In this document: piece after piece, positions 37,624-49,158 of the stretch
Layout of the letters: each line of letters starts with the position of its first letter
Numbering within the stretch: position 1 is the first letter of the stretch
Source of the DNA: Squalus acanthias
Taxonomy: Eukaryota
Direction: 5' to 3'
Length of the DNA: 64,000 bases
Assembly (NCBI GenBank): GCA_030390025.1
Contig: CM059432.1
Coordinates: 61,692,001-61,756,000 of the forward strand
Translations under genes and position numbers: made by a program
Notes under the pieces: model-generated
Told to the model about the DNA's origin: nothing
What the model saw: only the letters and a program-made list of their open reading frames with translations
The model's database searches: none

Positions 37624-38551
37624 CTAGTCCTTTACAGATGTGGCTGTATCTGCTGTGTATTTCCAGAACTTTGTGTTTTTATTTTATATATGCATATCAA
37701 TCTACTTTACTTCAGTAAATGTTCAGAATAAATTGTTAGTCCTCTATATTACCCTGATTGCATGGGTATCCAGTAAGATGAGACCTACTCGAGATGCAAG
37801 AAGAGCAAGTGTACCATGTTGCCCACACTATGCTGTGCTGAATTACTTAACCTAGAGTGTAAATATTCTTGAGTAAAATGTTTACAAAGCTATCACTGTT
37901 TTAAAGATGAGATTTGTTCAGTTCCTTTTCTTGGTGTTGTTGAGAGATTTAACTATGGTCCTAAATGTAAGTCTGACAGTGCTTTGCAGAACCATTTAAC
38001 ACAAAAAAAATGATTCAGTGTTGGAAATGCGTATCAGATACCTCATTTCAACATGGGGTGAAGTTTCCTTTGGGGGCATAATCGGGAAGTTACACTCAAA
38101 CTGATGCCCAATTGTGTGCCCACATCTAATTACACCCAAATTTATTGCCAATCTCATTAAAATATGCCAGAACGTAAAAATGGGTTAGAACATGCGGAAA
38201 TCAGCAAAACAATCTGGGCCCGAGGAAAGTGCCGAACTAACACCATAAACTCCTTTTTGCCAAATCTGAGTCTTCAAGAGGAATTGAGGGCTCCTGGTTC
38301 TTCTCCAGCTCCAAGCACCTGTTTTATTCCCAGCCCTTATCCTTTTCCTTTCCCTCTTGTTGTTTCCCACCCTGAACTTGCATTCTATCTCTCTTCTACT
38401 GTTTAACAAGCCAAGTGCCTGTGCCTTCTCAACCCTTTCCATTTTCCTCTTCATCCCACTGGCGCCCAACCCTAGCCGATTCCTCCCTGTCCAGCAGTTT
38501 GTGGCCTAGATCCCTATCCCTAACCGCAGACTCCAGTCAAATAAACTCCAT

Positions 38552-41215
38552 GGCCTCGATTTTAATAGGCCTGGAGAGGCAGGTTTGGAGGCGGGTCTGT
38601 TGTGAAAATCGGAAAAAATGGCTTCAGACACCCAACCCACATCCATGCCGCCCCCACCCGATTTTCGTGAGTGTCTGTTCAGCCGCTCCCAAACTGACCT
38701 GACTGGAACCGGTGGGACAAGTAGTTAAGGCAGTTAACAGCCTGTTATCTGCCTTGCTAATCCTATTTTCATAGTGGAATCCCATTTTCGTGCTTCTGGC
38801 TCCTGTTTCCCGACTTGTCAGAAACAGGTCTGGGTCAAGGAGACGAACTGCTGGAGGACATGATTTGTATGCATTGGTGGAGCACTTTAAAAGTGCCCCT
38901 GAAACATGGCTGACATTCAAATGCAACAACTTTGCTGTTGTAGGTATGGGATAAGACTTTGCACATCTACTGACCTTGTGACTGTTCAAGCTGACACCCA
39001 TCTGCAGTGTGACATGAATGGAATAATTTCAGGCCACTTCGACTGTGCGCTTGCAAGCTTGTTGCCTCAAATGAAATCTATAGCAAGGGGATGGGAAAAA
39101 TGTATGCCCTCTCATCCTGGTCCTCATAATCGGAGGAGTAGCAGACGCGTGGCTCAGCACAGATCTTCCTGGGAAGAGGAGTAGGAGGAGGACGAGGGAC
39201 ACCTTACATGCCCTGTTGTGACCAATGCAGCATCCCTCCAGTTCACTGCTGCCCATCAAGCAGGGTATGCACACTGCCATGCCACATTCGCATAAGCTTA
39301 CTCTTCAACCATAGGTGGCTACCATATGGCTCTGTAATTGCAGACGACACTTGTCCAACATCATACATCATCTCTGCTATACCCTGTTATTTCCTATCAC
39401 TTTTACCATCAGCATTACAAAAGCAAGTCGCCCTGAGTCCTCAATGCGCTTTTGCCATTTCCCAGAACACATAGACCACACAATCAACTGTTTGCCATAA
39501 TTTTTCTTTTACACATCACAAAAGGATAATAAATCAGCAACATCCATGATGGTGTGTTCATGCGCCATTGCCTCCACCACGGCAGTGCTGATGTTAGAGA
39601 TGGACTCCTCCATTCTCTCCACACTCGCACTAACCCTGGAGGCAAACCCTTCCAGAGACACCTGCACTTGTTCCTGTATTTACCGAGACACTCTTTTTCT
39701 GGATGGCCCCAGAGGCACAGCGTCTGCATGCAGCTCAGCAGAGCTAGGAGATTGCTGCGACTTCCGCTGAGGACTCTCCACTGCTGTCGCTGTCTCCACC
39801 ATCTGCTGATGCTCACTTGTGTGCTGTGATAGACCAGGTGGCAACACTATGCTAACTCGCGAGGGTCCCACCGAGTTGTGCGTTGCTGCGCTGGTGCTGG
39901 GTGTGCTGAGTCCTGGAGACGCTGCTCCCGCAGAGGCTTCAGGTTCCTCTGAGGAGTTGTCCGGCTCTTCATCCTGGGTCGTGGGGAGGGGGGCACTCAA
40001 TGGTCCTGTGGGAGAGTAAAGGCATGATTTAGACATCTGATATTGATGTAGCAGACACATCCTTTTGAGCAGATGATACAAAGCAATTCTCTATGAACAT
40101 CATATGCCATTGCATTCTGAGAGGAATGAAACTGTATTATGTCACCAGCTTCCTCTAGTGTGCCCGTCTCTCCATCACCCACTTCCAGGTCCTCGCCACC
40201 GCCAACAATCCCGTTTGCAGCCTCCTCAGCACTGGTCAATGTGGTTTGGGTAGGTGTTCCTCCTCCAGTCATTGCTCTCTCCCTCTTATTGTGGGCTATC
40301 TTTTCCTGCAAGGAGGGACACAAGCGGTGTTTCAGCCACAGTGATGGAGTGAGTGTGATTAATCCCTACCATAGAAGCTTTGAGGAAGACGAAGATGGGG
40401 TAAGGTGCCAAGAGGAAGCTTGCTCCCTGTGCGTTGTTAGTTGTTGTCACTGCATGACAGTGAGAGCGAGTCTAAGGGGTGCATAGGCAGGATGCTGAAG
40501 TGATTCAGTGCAGAGACAGAGATGGATAGGAAAGGGTGCAAGGGAAATAAGAGTAAGGTGGGATGTGAAGGAGGAGGCTTACAACGCAGAGTGCTGGTGA
40601 AGAGAAGGGAAGCAGATTGAAGGCAAGTGTGATGGGATACTCACTTTTGATGTTCACACAAGATCATTAAACCTTTTTCGCACTGGATCCATGAGCGTGA
40701 GCATATGGACCTTGCGCTGACCTCCTCAGCAATGCGCAGCCAGGCTGCCTTGGTCTGCTGAGGAGGCTTCCTCCGGCCATCAGGAGGGAAGAGAATCTCC
40801 CTGCGCCCTCTGACAGCATTGTGCGACCTCTCAATTTTGTCCACCCCAGTCCAACACCGGCATCTCCGCATCATGAACATCTACAAGAACATGGAGGGAG
40901 TCAGTATTAAATTGAGGAGCTGCCTTGCCTCTGGAAGAAGTCATTGCATCTAAATCAATATCAATGAGTCCAGTAAACCACAAGAGAAAGGCTTAGGCTG
41001 AATGGCAGCTTTAAAAGCAGCAGCTATGATGACATCATCAGAGGCGGCCAGCCGACCCGATCGCACTCATTGGACCAGCCAGCGCGCCCCAATGAACTTA
41101 ACAAGCTCATTGAATCAAAATCGGACATCAGCAGCTGATCCCGCCGGAAGTGGCTCCAGAACCTGCCCACCACGCAACCCGACTCCAACCCGCCTCAGGA
41201 ATTAAAATCGAGCCC
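38552..41215 (-). mobile_element. PIF/Harbinger element (2664 bp) carrying a spliced Myb/SANT-like gene, no intact transposase
   Basis: TIR GGCCTCGATTTTAAT / ATTAAAATCGAGCCC, 3-bp TSD CAT. Confidence 0.88.
39480..40945 (-). pseudogene. Harbinger Myb/SANT-like DNA-binding protein pseudogene, three exons (~40945-40645, 40305-40146, 40005-~39480)
   Basis: Exon 1 VRGRREILFPPDGRRKPPQQTKAAWLRIAEEVSARS..RSWIQC with donor GTGAGT; exon 2 acceptor CCTTGCAG, EKIAHNKRERAMTGGG; exon 3 acceptor CCCACAG, phase 1 consistent. Frameshifts and a small insertion present; outer ends approximate. Confidence 0.72.
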
Positions 41216-41539
41216 CATGTCTCAATTGCCTACACCTCTGGCTGGATTCCTTCTTCACCTGGCACCTCCTCACCCTCTTGCCCGCCTAAGCACTTTTCTG
41301 TCTCTTTCCTACCAGTCTGAATACCCATGTACCCAGAGATTCCCATCCCTTGTTTTCCTACACCAGCCAGGCCCATGGCCTGGATCTTTCCCTCCCCATT
41401 GTGCAACGTGCAGGCCAGTCGGTACTTGGAACATGCTGGCCTGCAACACTGACTGAATCTCTCCCCATACAATCACGCCCAAGAAATTGTTACCTTCCTG
41501 CCTCAGCACCCACTACCCGACCATCCACTAACCCCAACA

Positions 41540-42240
41540 TGAAAAACAGTAAAGAGAGAAAGAACCAGAACAGGCCAAAGCAACAAGTAGAGAAGAGAAC
41601 GAAGGAGAGAATGAAAAGAGGAGTGGAAACTAGAGAGAAGAGAAAAGGAGACAGAAGCTGATGAGAATAAAGAGGGAAAAGAAGAAAAAGAGAAAGACAG
41701 AGACAAGCAAGAGGATCTTACTGTGAGCAATTAACAACTAAATGCTCCCAAACCACGCTTTCTCCAAATTACTCCATCGGAATTGCTCCGAAACACTCAT
41801 CTTATTGAATTAATTAATTTGGAGAAAGCTTGGTTTGTGAGCATTTGGTTGTTAATTGCCAACTCACCAAAGTCTATTTTATTAAGTCCATTTTCTAAGA
41901 CCGGCTTCCTTGCCGATCTTACTCTGGCCCTCCTCCGTACCTTCTGTCTAGGGCGAGAGAGGAGGTGAGAGATGGGAGGAGATAGCAGAGGAGGGGTAAG
42001 GAAGTGAGAGAGGAAAGGGAGATATGAGATGGATTGGTACGAGAGGTGGGAAAGAAAGATGTGAGGAGAGGAGGAAATTGAGAGGAAGGGAGGAGGATTG
42101 AGGCGAGTGAGAGATGAAGGGGAAAGAGGGAGGGAGTGAGAAGAGGCAGAGGAGAGGCGGTAAAAGAAAATGAGGGGAGGTGGAGAGAGGAGGGCAGGGG
42201 AAGAGAATAAAGAGGAAAGAAGAGCGGGGAGAGGAAGGAT
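41540..42240. repeat. Purine-rich (GA) low-complexity tracts (41540-41720 and 41950-42240)
   Basis: Almost exclusively G/A on the + strand with no fixed unit. Confidence 0.8.
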
Positions 42241-43387
42241 AAACAGCATATCCTCTACCTCAACATGTGCAACACTACGGGAGATCTCTAGTAATGAAAA
42301 GAATTACACAAACAAAATAATTTATCCTAATAAGGTTATTGTAGCTGAAAACCAGATCAGTTGGTCAACTCAATCTTTTTTTCGACTCTGATGGAAATGG
42401 AGCAAATCCCAACAAGCACTCCCTTAAGCATAAGTTATGGGGAAATGAGTTGCTTAGCTGATTTGGCATTGTTTTTTTCAAAGAAATGTTATTCAACATC
42501 ATCTTTACAACTTGCTATGTTAAAGAATATCTTGTAGTTGACAGATAGTGTGGAAACAATGAGCCAGTGGATTTCTTTTGGCTCTTTTACCAGTTTCGTA
42601 ATTTAAGACATGTTTGGCTTGAGTATTAACCCCTTTGAGGACTCTGGCAGCATTTTTCCAGCTAGTACTAAAAAATCTACTGAGTTACAGTTGCTTACAA
42701 TTCAGTTTACATGACTGGGGAAATGTTTTAATATTCAGCATGACATTTGTAGAAAGTTTTTATCTATCTAGTTTATAAAATCTGCACACTCAGAAAACTG
42801 TAATGGATGTCCAGTATTAAAACTATCAAGAATTCTAGGCATTAAAACAGAAAATGCTGGAACTACTCAGCAGGTCAGACAGCATCTACATTATTTTGCT
42901 TTTGTAAAAATTCTAGGCAGTTTGTGGACTCATACCTCTGATCCAAAACATGGTGACTTTTCGGGGCAGGGGTGGGCTGCGCGGAAGAGTCAAAGTGGGA
43001 GTTATAGAAACACTTCTCCTGTTAAAAGGCAAGGAAGACAAGGACGTTGAGGGAAAATAATTCCAGTGGGCTGGTTACCCTTGGCTGTACTCTTAAAATT
43101 CTAGTAACAACATTCTGGGAACAGGAAGCTGCTGGCTTTTAAGCTGCGGAATGGTGCGTGGAACCTAAAGTGAAGTTACGGCAGCAAAAGGGAGCAGCTC
43201 CGAGGAAATTCCCATCACTAGTATGATGTAAAAATTCAAATGAAGGAAGAATTCTGTTGAAACAAAGCCACTATGCTTTGCGTAGAAGTGAAAACTTTCA
43301 AAACAGTTCCGATCTAGGACCTTGGAATAATAAAAAGAATCTCTTTAGTCACAAACCCATCATATTCCCTTCCCAGAGAGTGCATAG

Positions 43388-43820
43388 TTACAACAACAAC
43401 TTGCATTTATATAATGTCTTAAAAGTCAAAAACTCCCCAAAAGACTATACAGATGAGGGACGATAAAAGAAATGGACACTGATGCATGGGGGAGAGATTG
43501 GAAAGGGTGACTGAAAACATATTCAAAAATGTGGGTTTTGAGAAGGTTTCTAAAGATGGAGGGGTTTAAGGAGAGAGTCCCAGGGATGAGGCCGAGTTGA
43601 CTGAAGGCTCTGCCACTAAGAGTGTGATGAAGGAGGGTGGATGAACAGAAAGCCAGAGTCCGAGACCAAAGGATGTGAGAGGGGATATAAGGCTGCAAGG
43701 GGTTACAGATGTAAGGTGGAACAAGGCATAGAGGATGATTGAAGATGAGGATGAGGATTTTAAATCTATTATTTCGAGGGACAGGGAGCCAGGGTAGATC
43801 AGCAAGGACAAGATAATTGT
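43388..43820 (-). mobile_element. Old L2 LINE 3' fragment
   Basis: ACAACAACAACTTGCATTTATATAA tail; minus reading LADLPWLPV...FKILILIF and LLKTHIF. Confidence 0.72.
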
Positions 43821-45610
43821 TATTTTTTAATTGAATTTTATTTTTATTCATTCACAGGATGTGGGTGTCGCTGGCAATGCCAGCATTTATTGCCCATCCC
43901 TAATTTCCCTTGAGAAGGTGGTGGTGAGCTGCCTTCTTGAACCGCTGCAGTCAATGTGGTGAAGGTCCTCCCACAGTGCTGTTAGTAGGGAGTTCCAGGA
44001 TTTTTACCCAGCGATGATGACGGAACGGTGATATATTTCCAAGTCAGGAGGGTGTGTGACTTGGAGGGGAACTTGGAGGTGGTGGTGTTCCCATGTGCCT
44101 GCTGCCCTTGTCCTTCAAGGTGGTAGGGAGGTGCTGTCAAAGAAGCCTTAGCGAGTTGCTGCAGTGCATCTTGTAGATGGTACACCCTGCAGCCACATTG
44201 CACTGGTTCTGGAGGGAGTGGTGGATGGGGTACCGATCAAGCAGCATGCTTTGTCCTGGATGGTGTCAAGCTTCTTGAGTGTTGTTGGAGCTGCACTCAT
44301 CCAGACAAGTGGAGAGTATTCCATCACACTCCTGACTTGTGTCTTGTAGATGGTGGAAAGGCTTTGGGAAGTCAATCGCCACAGAATTCCCAGCCTCTGA
44401 CCTGCTCTTGTAGCCACAGTATTTATGTGGCTGGCCAAGTTAAGTTTCTGCTCAATGGTGACCCTCACGATGTAGATGGTAGGGGATTTGACGATGGTAA
44501 TGCCATTGAAGGTCAAGGGTAGGTGGTTAGACTGGGCTAAAAATTTGGAAGCTTACGCAAAAAATTGGCGAAAAGAAGGCGGCCGCTCTACACTGGCTCC
44601 CTGTCCCTCGAAATAATAGATTTAAAATCCTCATCCTTATCTTCAATCATCCTCTATGCCTTGCTCCACCTTACATCTGTAACCTCTTGCAGCCTTATAT
44701 CCCATCTCACATCCTTTGGTCTCTGACTGGCTTTCTGGCGGGTCCCGCGACGTCCTCCATTTTCCCAGGCCCGGCAGTGCTGCCTTTAAGATGTATTGCC
44801 CTGCAGATTTAAATGTGGTAGCGGTGACACGACTTAACGACACCACGGCAAACTTGGACCTTTGCACTGAGTTCAGCACTGGGTCCTAACCACGCCAAGT
44901 AAACCCAGCGTGCAAGCAGATTCACAGAGGCACTGTCAGCACCTCTTAAAGGGACACACACATCTTTCAGGTAAGTTTGCATTTAAGCTTTTGGACTGGG
45001 TTTTTTTGATTTTACTGAAGTAGTGGCTTGCTGCAATAGATATTAAATGTTTTTTAAGTGTGTAGGGAGTGCTGCTGGATGCTTGCAAGTCCTCGGATGG
45101 CAAAGGAAGACCTCCGAGAAGTCAGAACATTGAGCAGTGTGTGAGACTAGTGGTGCAGTTGGTAGGAGATGGCTTTTGAAGATGCATTCATTGACCTTGA
45201 CCAGTGGTTTGAGGTCTTGAAGCTTCTTTGGGCACTGGAGCCAGGTGGTGGGGGCGACACTGCTGGCAGTGACGGCCTCGGTGAAGTGGTCCCACATCAT
45301 TCTTTCTGGAGGGCCTCCTGGCCCTGTGGGTAGAGGACTTCTCTTGCAGTGTTGACCCCCTGCACAAAGCTGGAGTGCTGCGTGCAAGACCCTGGGTGCC
45401 ACTTTTCTGGCTTGCTGAGTCTGAAGCACTTTTTCCATTTTTTTAGATTCAGAAGGGAATTCAGCTTTAAGTGCTGAAGACTCCCATTTGAGACTTTTTA
45501 ATGTTAATGTTTTTCTTAAAAGACAGTAAGGGCTGAAAACTGCAGTTTTTCACTTCATTTTAATTTTTATTAGTTCTGAACGCATTGGCCTTTTAATTGG
45601 GAATTAATTA

Positions 45611-48600
45611 ATGGGAATGAAATATTCCAGGGTTCTTGATGTTTCAAAAAGGCAGGCAGAATGGAAAAGGGGCAGGGGGTAGCCCTGATAAAGGGCGACA
45701 TAAGAACAGTAGTGAGAAAGAATCTTGGCTCGGAAGACCAGGAAGTAGAATCAGTATGGGTGGCGATAAGAAATAACAAGGGGCAGAAAACACTGGTGGG
45801 AGTAGTTTATAGGCCCACAAACTGTAGCTATACGGTTGGACAGAGTATTAATCAACATATAATAGGAGCTTGTAACAAAGCTAATACAATAATCATGGGG
45901 GACTTTAATCTTCATTTATACTGGGCAAATCAAATTGGCAAAGGTAGTCTGGAGGATGAGTTCATGGAATGCAATTGAGACAGTTTCTAGAACAATACGT
46001 CATGGAACCAATCAGGGAACAGGGTATTTTAGATCTTGTGTTGTGTAATAAGACAGGTTTAATTAGTAATCTCATAGTAAAGGATCCTCTGGGGAAGAGT
46101 GATCAAAATATGATAAAATTTCAAGTTGAGTTTGAGAGTGAAATACTTCAGTCGAAAACGAGAGACTTAAACTTAAATAAAGCCAATTACATCTTGTAGG
46201 GGTGAGTTGACTAAGGTAGATTGGGAAATTAGATTAAAAGATATGGCGGTAGATAAGCAGTGGCAAACATTTAAAGAAATATTCCAAAATTCTCAACAAA
46301 TATACATTCCATTGAGAAATAAAAACTCCACGGGAAAAGTGATCCATCTAAAGAAGTTAAGGGTAGTATTAGATTAAAAGAAGAGGCTTATAATGTTGCA
46401 AAGAATAGTAGTAAGCCTGGTGTTTGTGAGAGCTTTAGAAATCAGCAAAGGATGAGAAAAAAATTGATAAAAAGGGAGAAAATAGAATATGAGAGTAAGC
46501 TAGCAAGAAATATAAAAACAGTTTGTAAGAGCTTCTACAAGTATGTAAAAAGGAAGAGAGTAGCAAAAGTAAGCGTTGGTCCCTTAGAGGCTGAGACAGG
46601 TGAAATTATAATGGGGAATAAGGAAATGGCAGAGACTTTAAACAAATATTTTGTAACTGTCTTCACAGTAGAAGACACAAAAAGCATACCAAAAATAGTG
46701 GGGAACCAAGGGGCTAATAAGAGTGAGGAACTTAAAGTAATTAATACCAGTGGAGAAAAAGTACTTGAGAAACTAATGGGACTAAAAGCCGACAAATCCC
46801 CTGGACCTGATGGTCTACATCCTAGGGTTCTAAAAGAGTTGGCTGCAAAAATAGTGGATGCACTGGTTGTGATCTTCCAAAATTTCCTAGATTCTAAAAT
46901 GGTCCCAGCGGATTGGAAGTTAGCAAATGTAACACCGCTATTCAAGAAAGGAGGGAGAGAGAAAACAGGGAACTGCAGGCCAGTTAGCCTGACATCAGTC
47001 ATCTGGGAAAATGCTGGAATCCATTATTAAGGCAGTGGTAACAGGGCACTTAGAAAATCATAATATGATTAGGAAGAGTCAACATGGTTTTATGAAAGGG
47101 AATCGTGTTTAACAAATTTATTAAGAGTTTTTTGAGGATGTAACTAGCAGGGTAGATAAAGGGGAACCAGTGGCTGTAGTATATTATGCAAGATAAGGGC
47201 TCATGGGGTCGGGGGGTAATATATCAGCATGGATAGAGGATTGATTAACGGACAGAAAACAGGGAGTAGGGATAAATGAGTTATTTTCCGGTTGGCAGGC
47301 TGTAACTAGTGGGGTACCGCAAGGATCATTGCTTGGGCCTCAGCTATTTACAATCTATGTTAATGACTTAGATGAAGGGACTGAGTGCAATGTATCCAAG
47401 TTTGCTGATGATACAAAGCTAGGTGGAAAAGTAAGCTGTGAGGAGGACGCAAAGAGCCTGCAGGTTAAGTGAGTGGGCAATAAGGTGGCAGATGGAGTAT
47501 AATGTGGGGAAATGTAAGGTTATTCACTTTGGTAGGAAGAATAGAAAAACAGAATTATTTTTAAATGGTGAGAAACTATTAAATGTTGCTGTTCAGAGAG
47601 ATTTAGGTGTCCTCGTACAGGAAACACACAGGGCTGGATTTTGAAGTTGGAGTCAGGTTGGGGTCGGGAATCACACATTCTGGCTTGTGAACCCGCCTCC
47701 ATCGAGATGTGGCCAACCCACTGTATTTTCCCTTGATTGACCTTGTTGAGCCCGCCCAGTGGGCTCAGCAGGCCAATTAAGGGCCACCCGGCAACAGGTG
47801 ACGTCACAGACTGACATTTCATCTGTCAAGAGCTTTTGACAGATGAAATATCAGCGTTTAACAGCTCTGTGAAGCTGTCAAACACTCACAATATGATTTC
47901 TAACTTCAGTCCTTCCTTTCAGGCTGAGTTAGAAATCATTCCAGCACAGAAAACAGAAGGCTGCATTTTTTGACAGAACCACGGCTTTCCTGCTTTCTGT
48001 GCCGGTGAGATTTCTAACACCCGAGAACTGAAGGGCTGACACCTGCAGGAGGAAGTTAAGGTAAATAAAACTTTTTCCAACACTTAACACTTACCTTACA
48101 CACTTACCTCTGCACACATGCACCCATCACTCACCTGCCCACCGGACATATCGACCCCTCCAACCCCTGCAGACCCACGGCCCTGACCCGATAACTTGGA
48201 GTGGTTGCCACCTGTCGGGAAGCGCACACTTTTCTTTTTAAAATAGGGATTATGCAAAAACTGCCTGTTAACTACCTGTTAACAGGCAGTTAATTGTCAC
48301 TAATCCCTTCCCGCCTCAGGGAGTCGGGTCTCAGACCAGGTCGGGTACCTGCCGCCAGAGAAACTGGCATGGAGTCGGGATGGGGTCGGGACCCCCGAAT
48401 CTGCAACTTTAACCCCCCCCCCCCCCACCTCCAAACCCGACTGCACGGATCATTGAAAATCCAGCCCACAGAGTTAGCATGCAGGTACAGCAAGCAATTA
48501 GGAAAGCAAATAGCATGCTAGCTTTTATTGCAAGGGGGTTGAAGTACAAGAGCAAGGAAGTCTTACTACAATTGTGCAGGGCTTTGGTGAGACCACACCT

Positions 48601-49158
48601 GGAGTACTGTGCACAGTTTTGGTCTCCTTATCTGAAAAAGGACATACATGCCTTCGAGGCGGTGCAATGAAGGTTCACTAGATTGATCCCTGGGATGAGA
48701 GGGTTGTCCTCTGAGGAGCGATTGAGTAGATTGGGCCTGTACTATCTGGAGTTTAGAAGAATAAGAGGTGATCTCATTGAAATATATAAGATTCTGAGGA
48801 GGATTGACAGGATAGATGCTGAGAGCTTGTTTCCCCTGGCTGGAGAGTCTAGAACTAGGGAGCATAGTCTCAGGATAAGGGGTCGACCATTTAAGACTGA
48901 GATGAGGAGGAATTTCTTCATTCAGAGGGTTGTGAATCTTTGGAATTCTCTACCTGAAAGGGCTGTGGATGCTGAGTCAATTAGTATATTCAAGGCTGAG
49001 ATAGATAAGATTTTTGGACTCTCGGGGAATCAAGGGATATGGGGATCGGGCGGGAAGATGGAGTTGAGGTCGAAGATCAGCCATGATCTTAGTGAATGGC
49101 GGAGCAGGCTCAAAAGACCATATGGCCTACTCCTGCTGTTAATTCCTATGTTCTTGTG
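45611..49158 (+). mobile_element. CR1 LINE, 5'-truncated, degraded, interrupted by a MITE
   Basis: GVVYRP, IMGDFNLH, ILDLVLCN, KSPGPDGLHPRVLKE, PHLEYCAQFWSP, FFIQRVVNLWNSLP; tail TTCCTATGTTCTTGTG. Confidence 0.92.
47631..48467. mobile_element. PIF/Harbinger MITE (837 bp)
   Basis: Perfect TIR GGGCTGGATTTT / AAAATCCAGCCC, TSD ACA; CR1 sequence rejoins around it. Confidence 0.92.

Noticed and set aside
39090..39320. Transposase N-terminus in Harbinger 38552-41215
   Set aside because: Position fits but no motif could be read with confidence.
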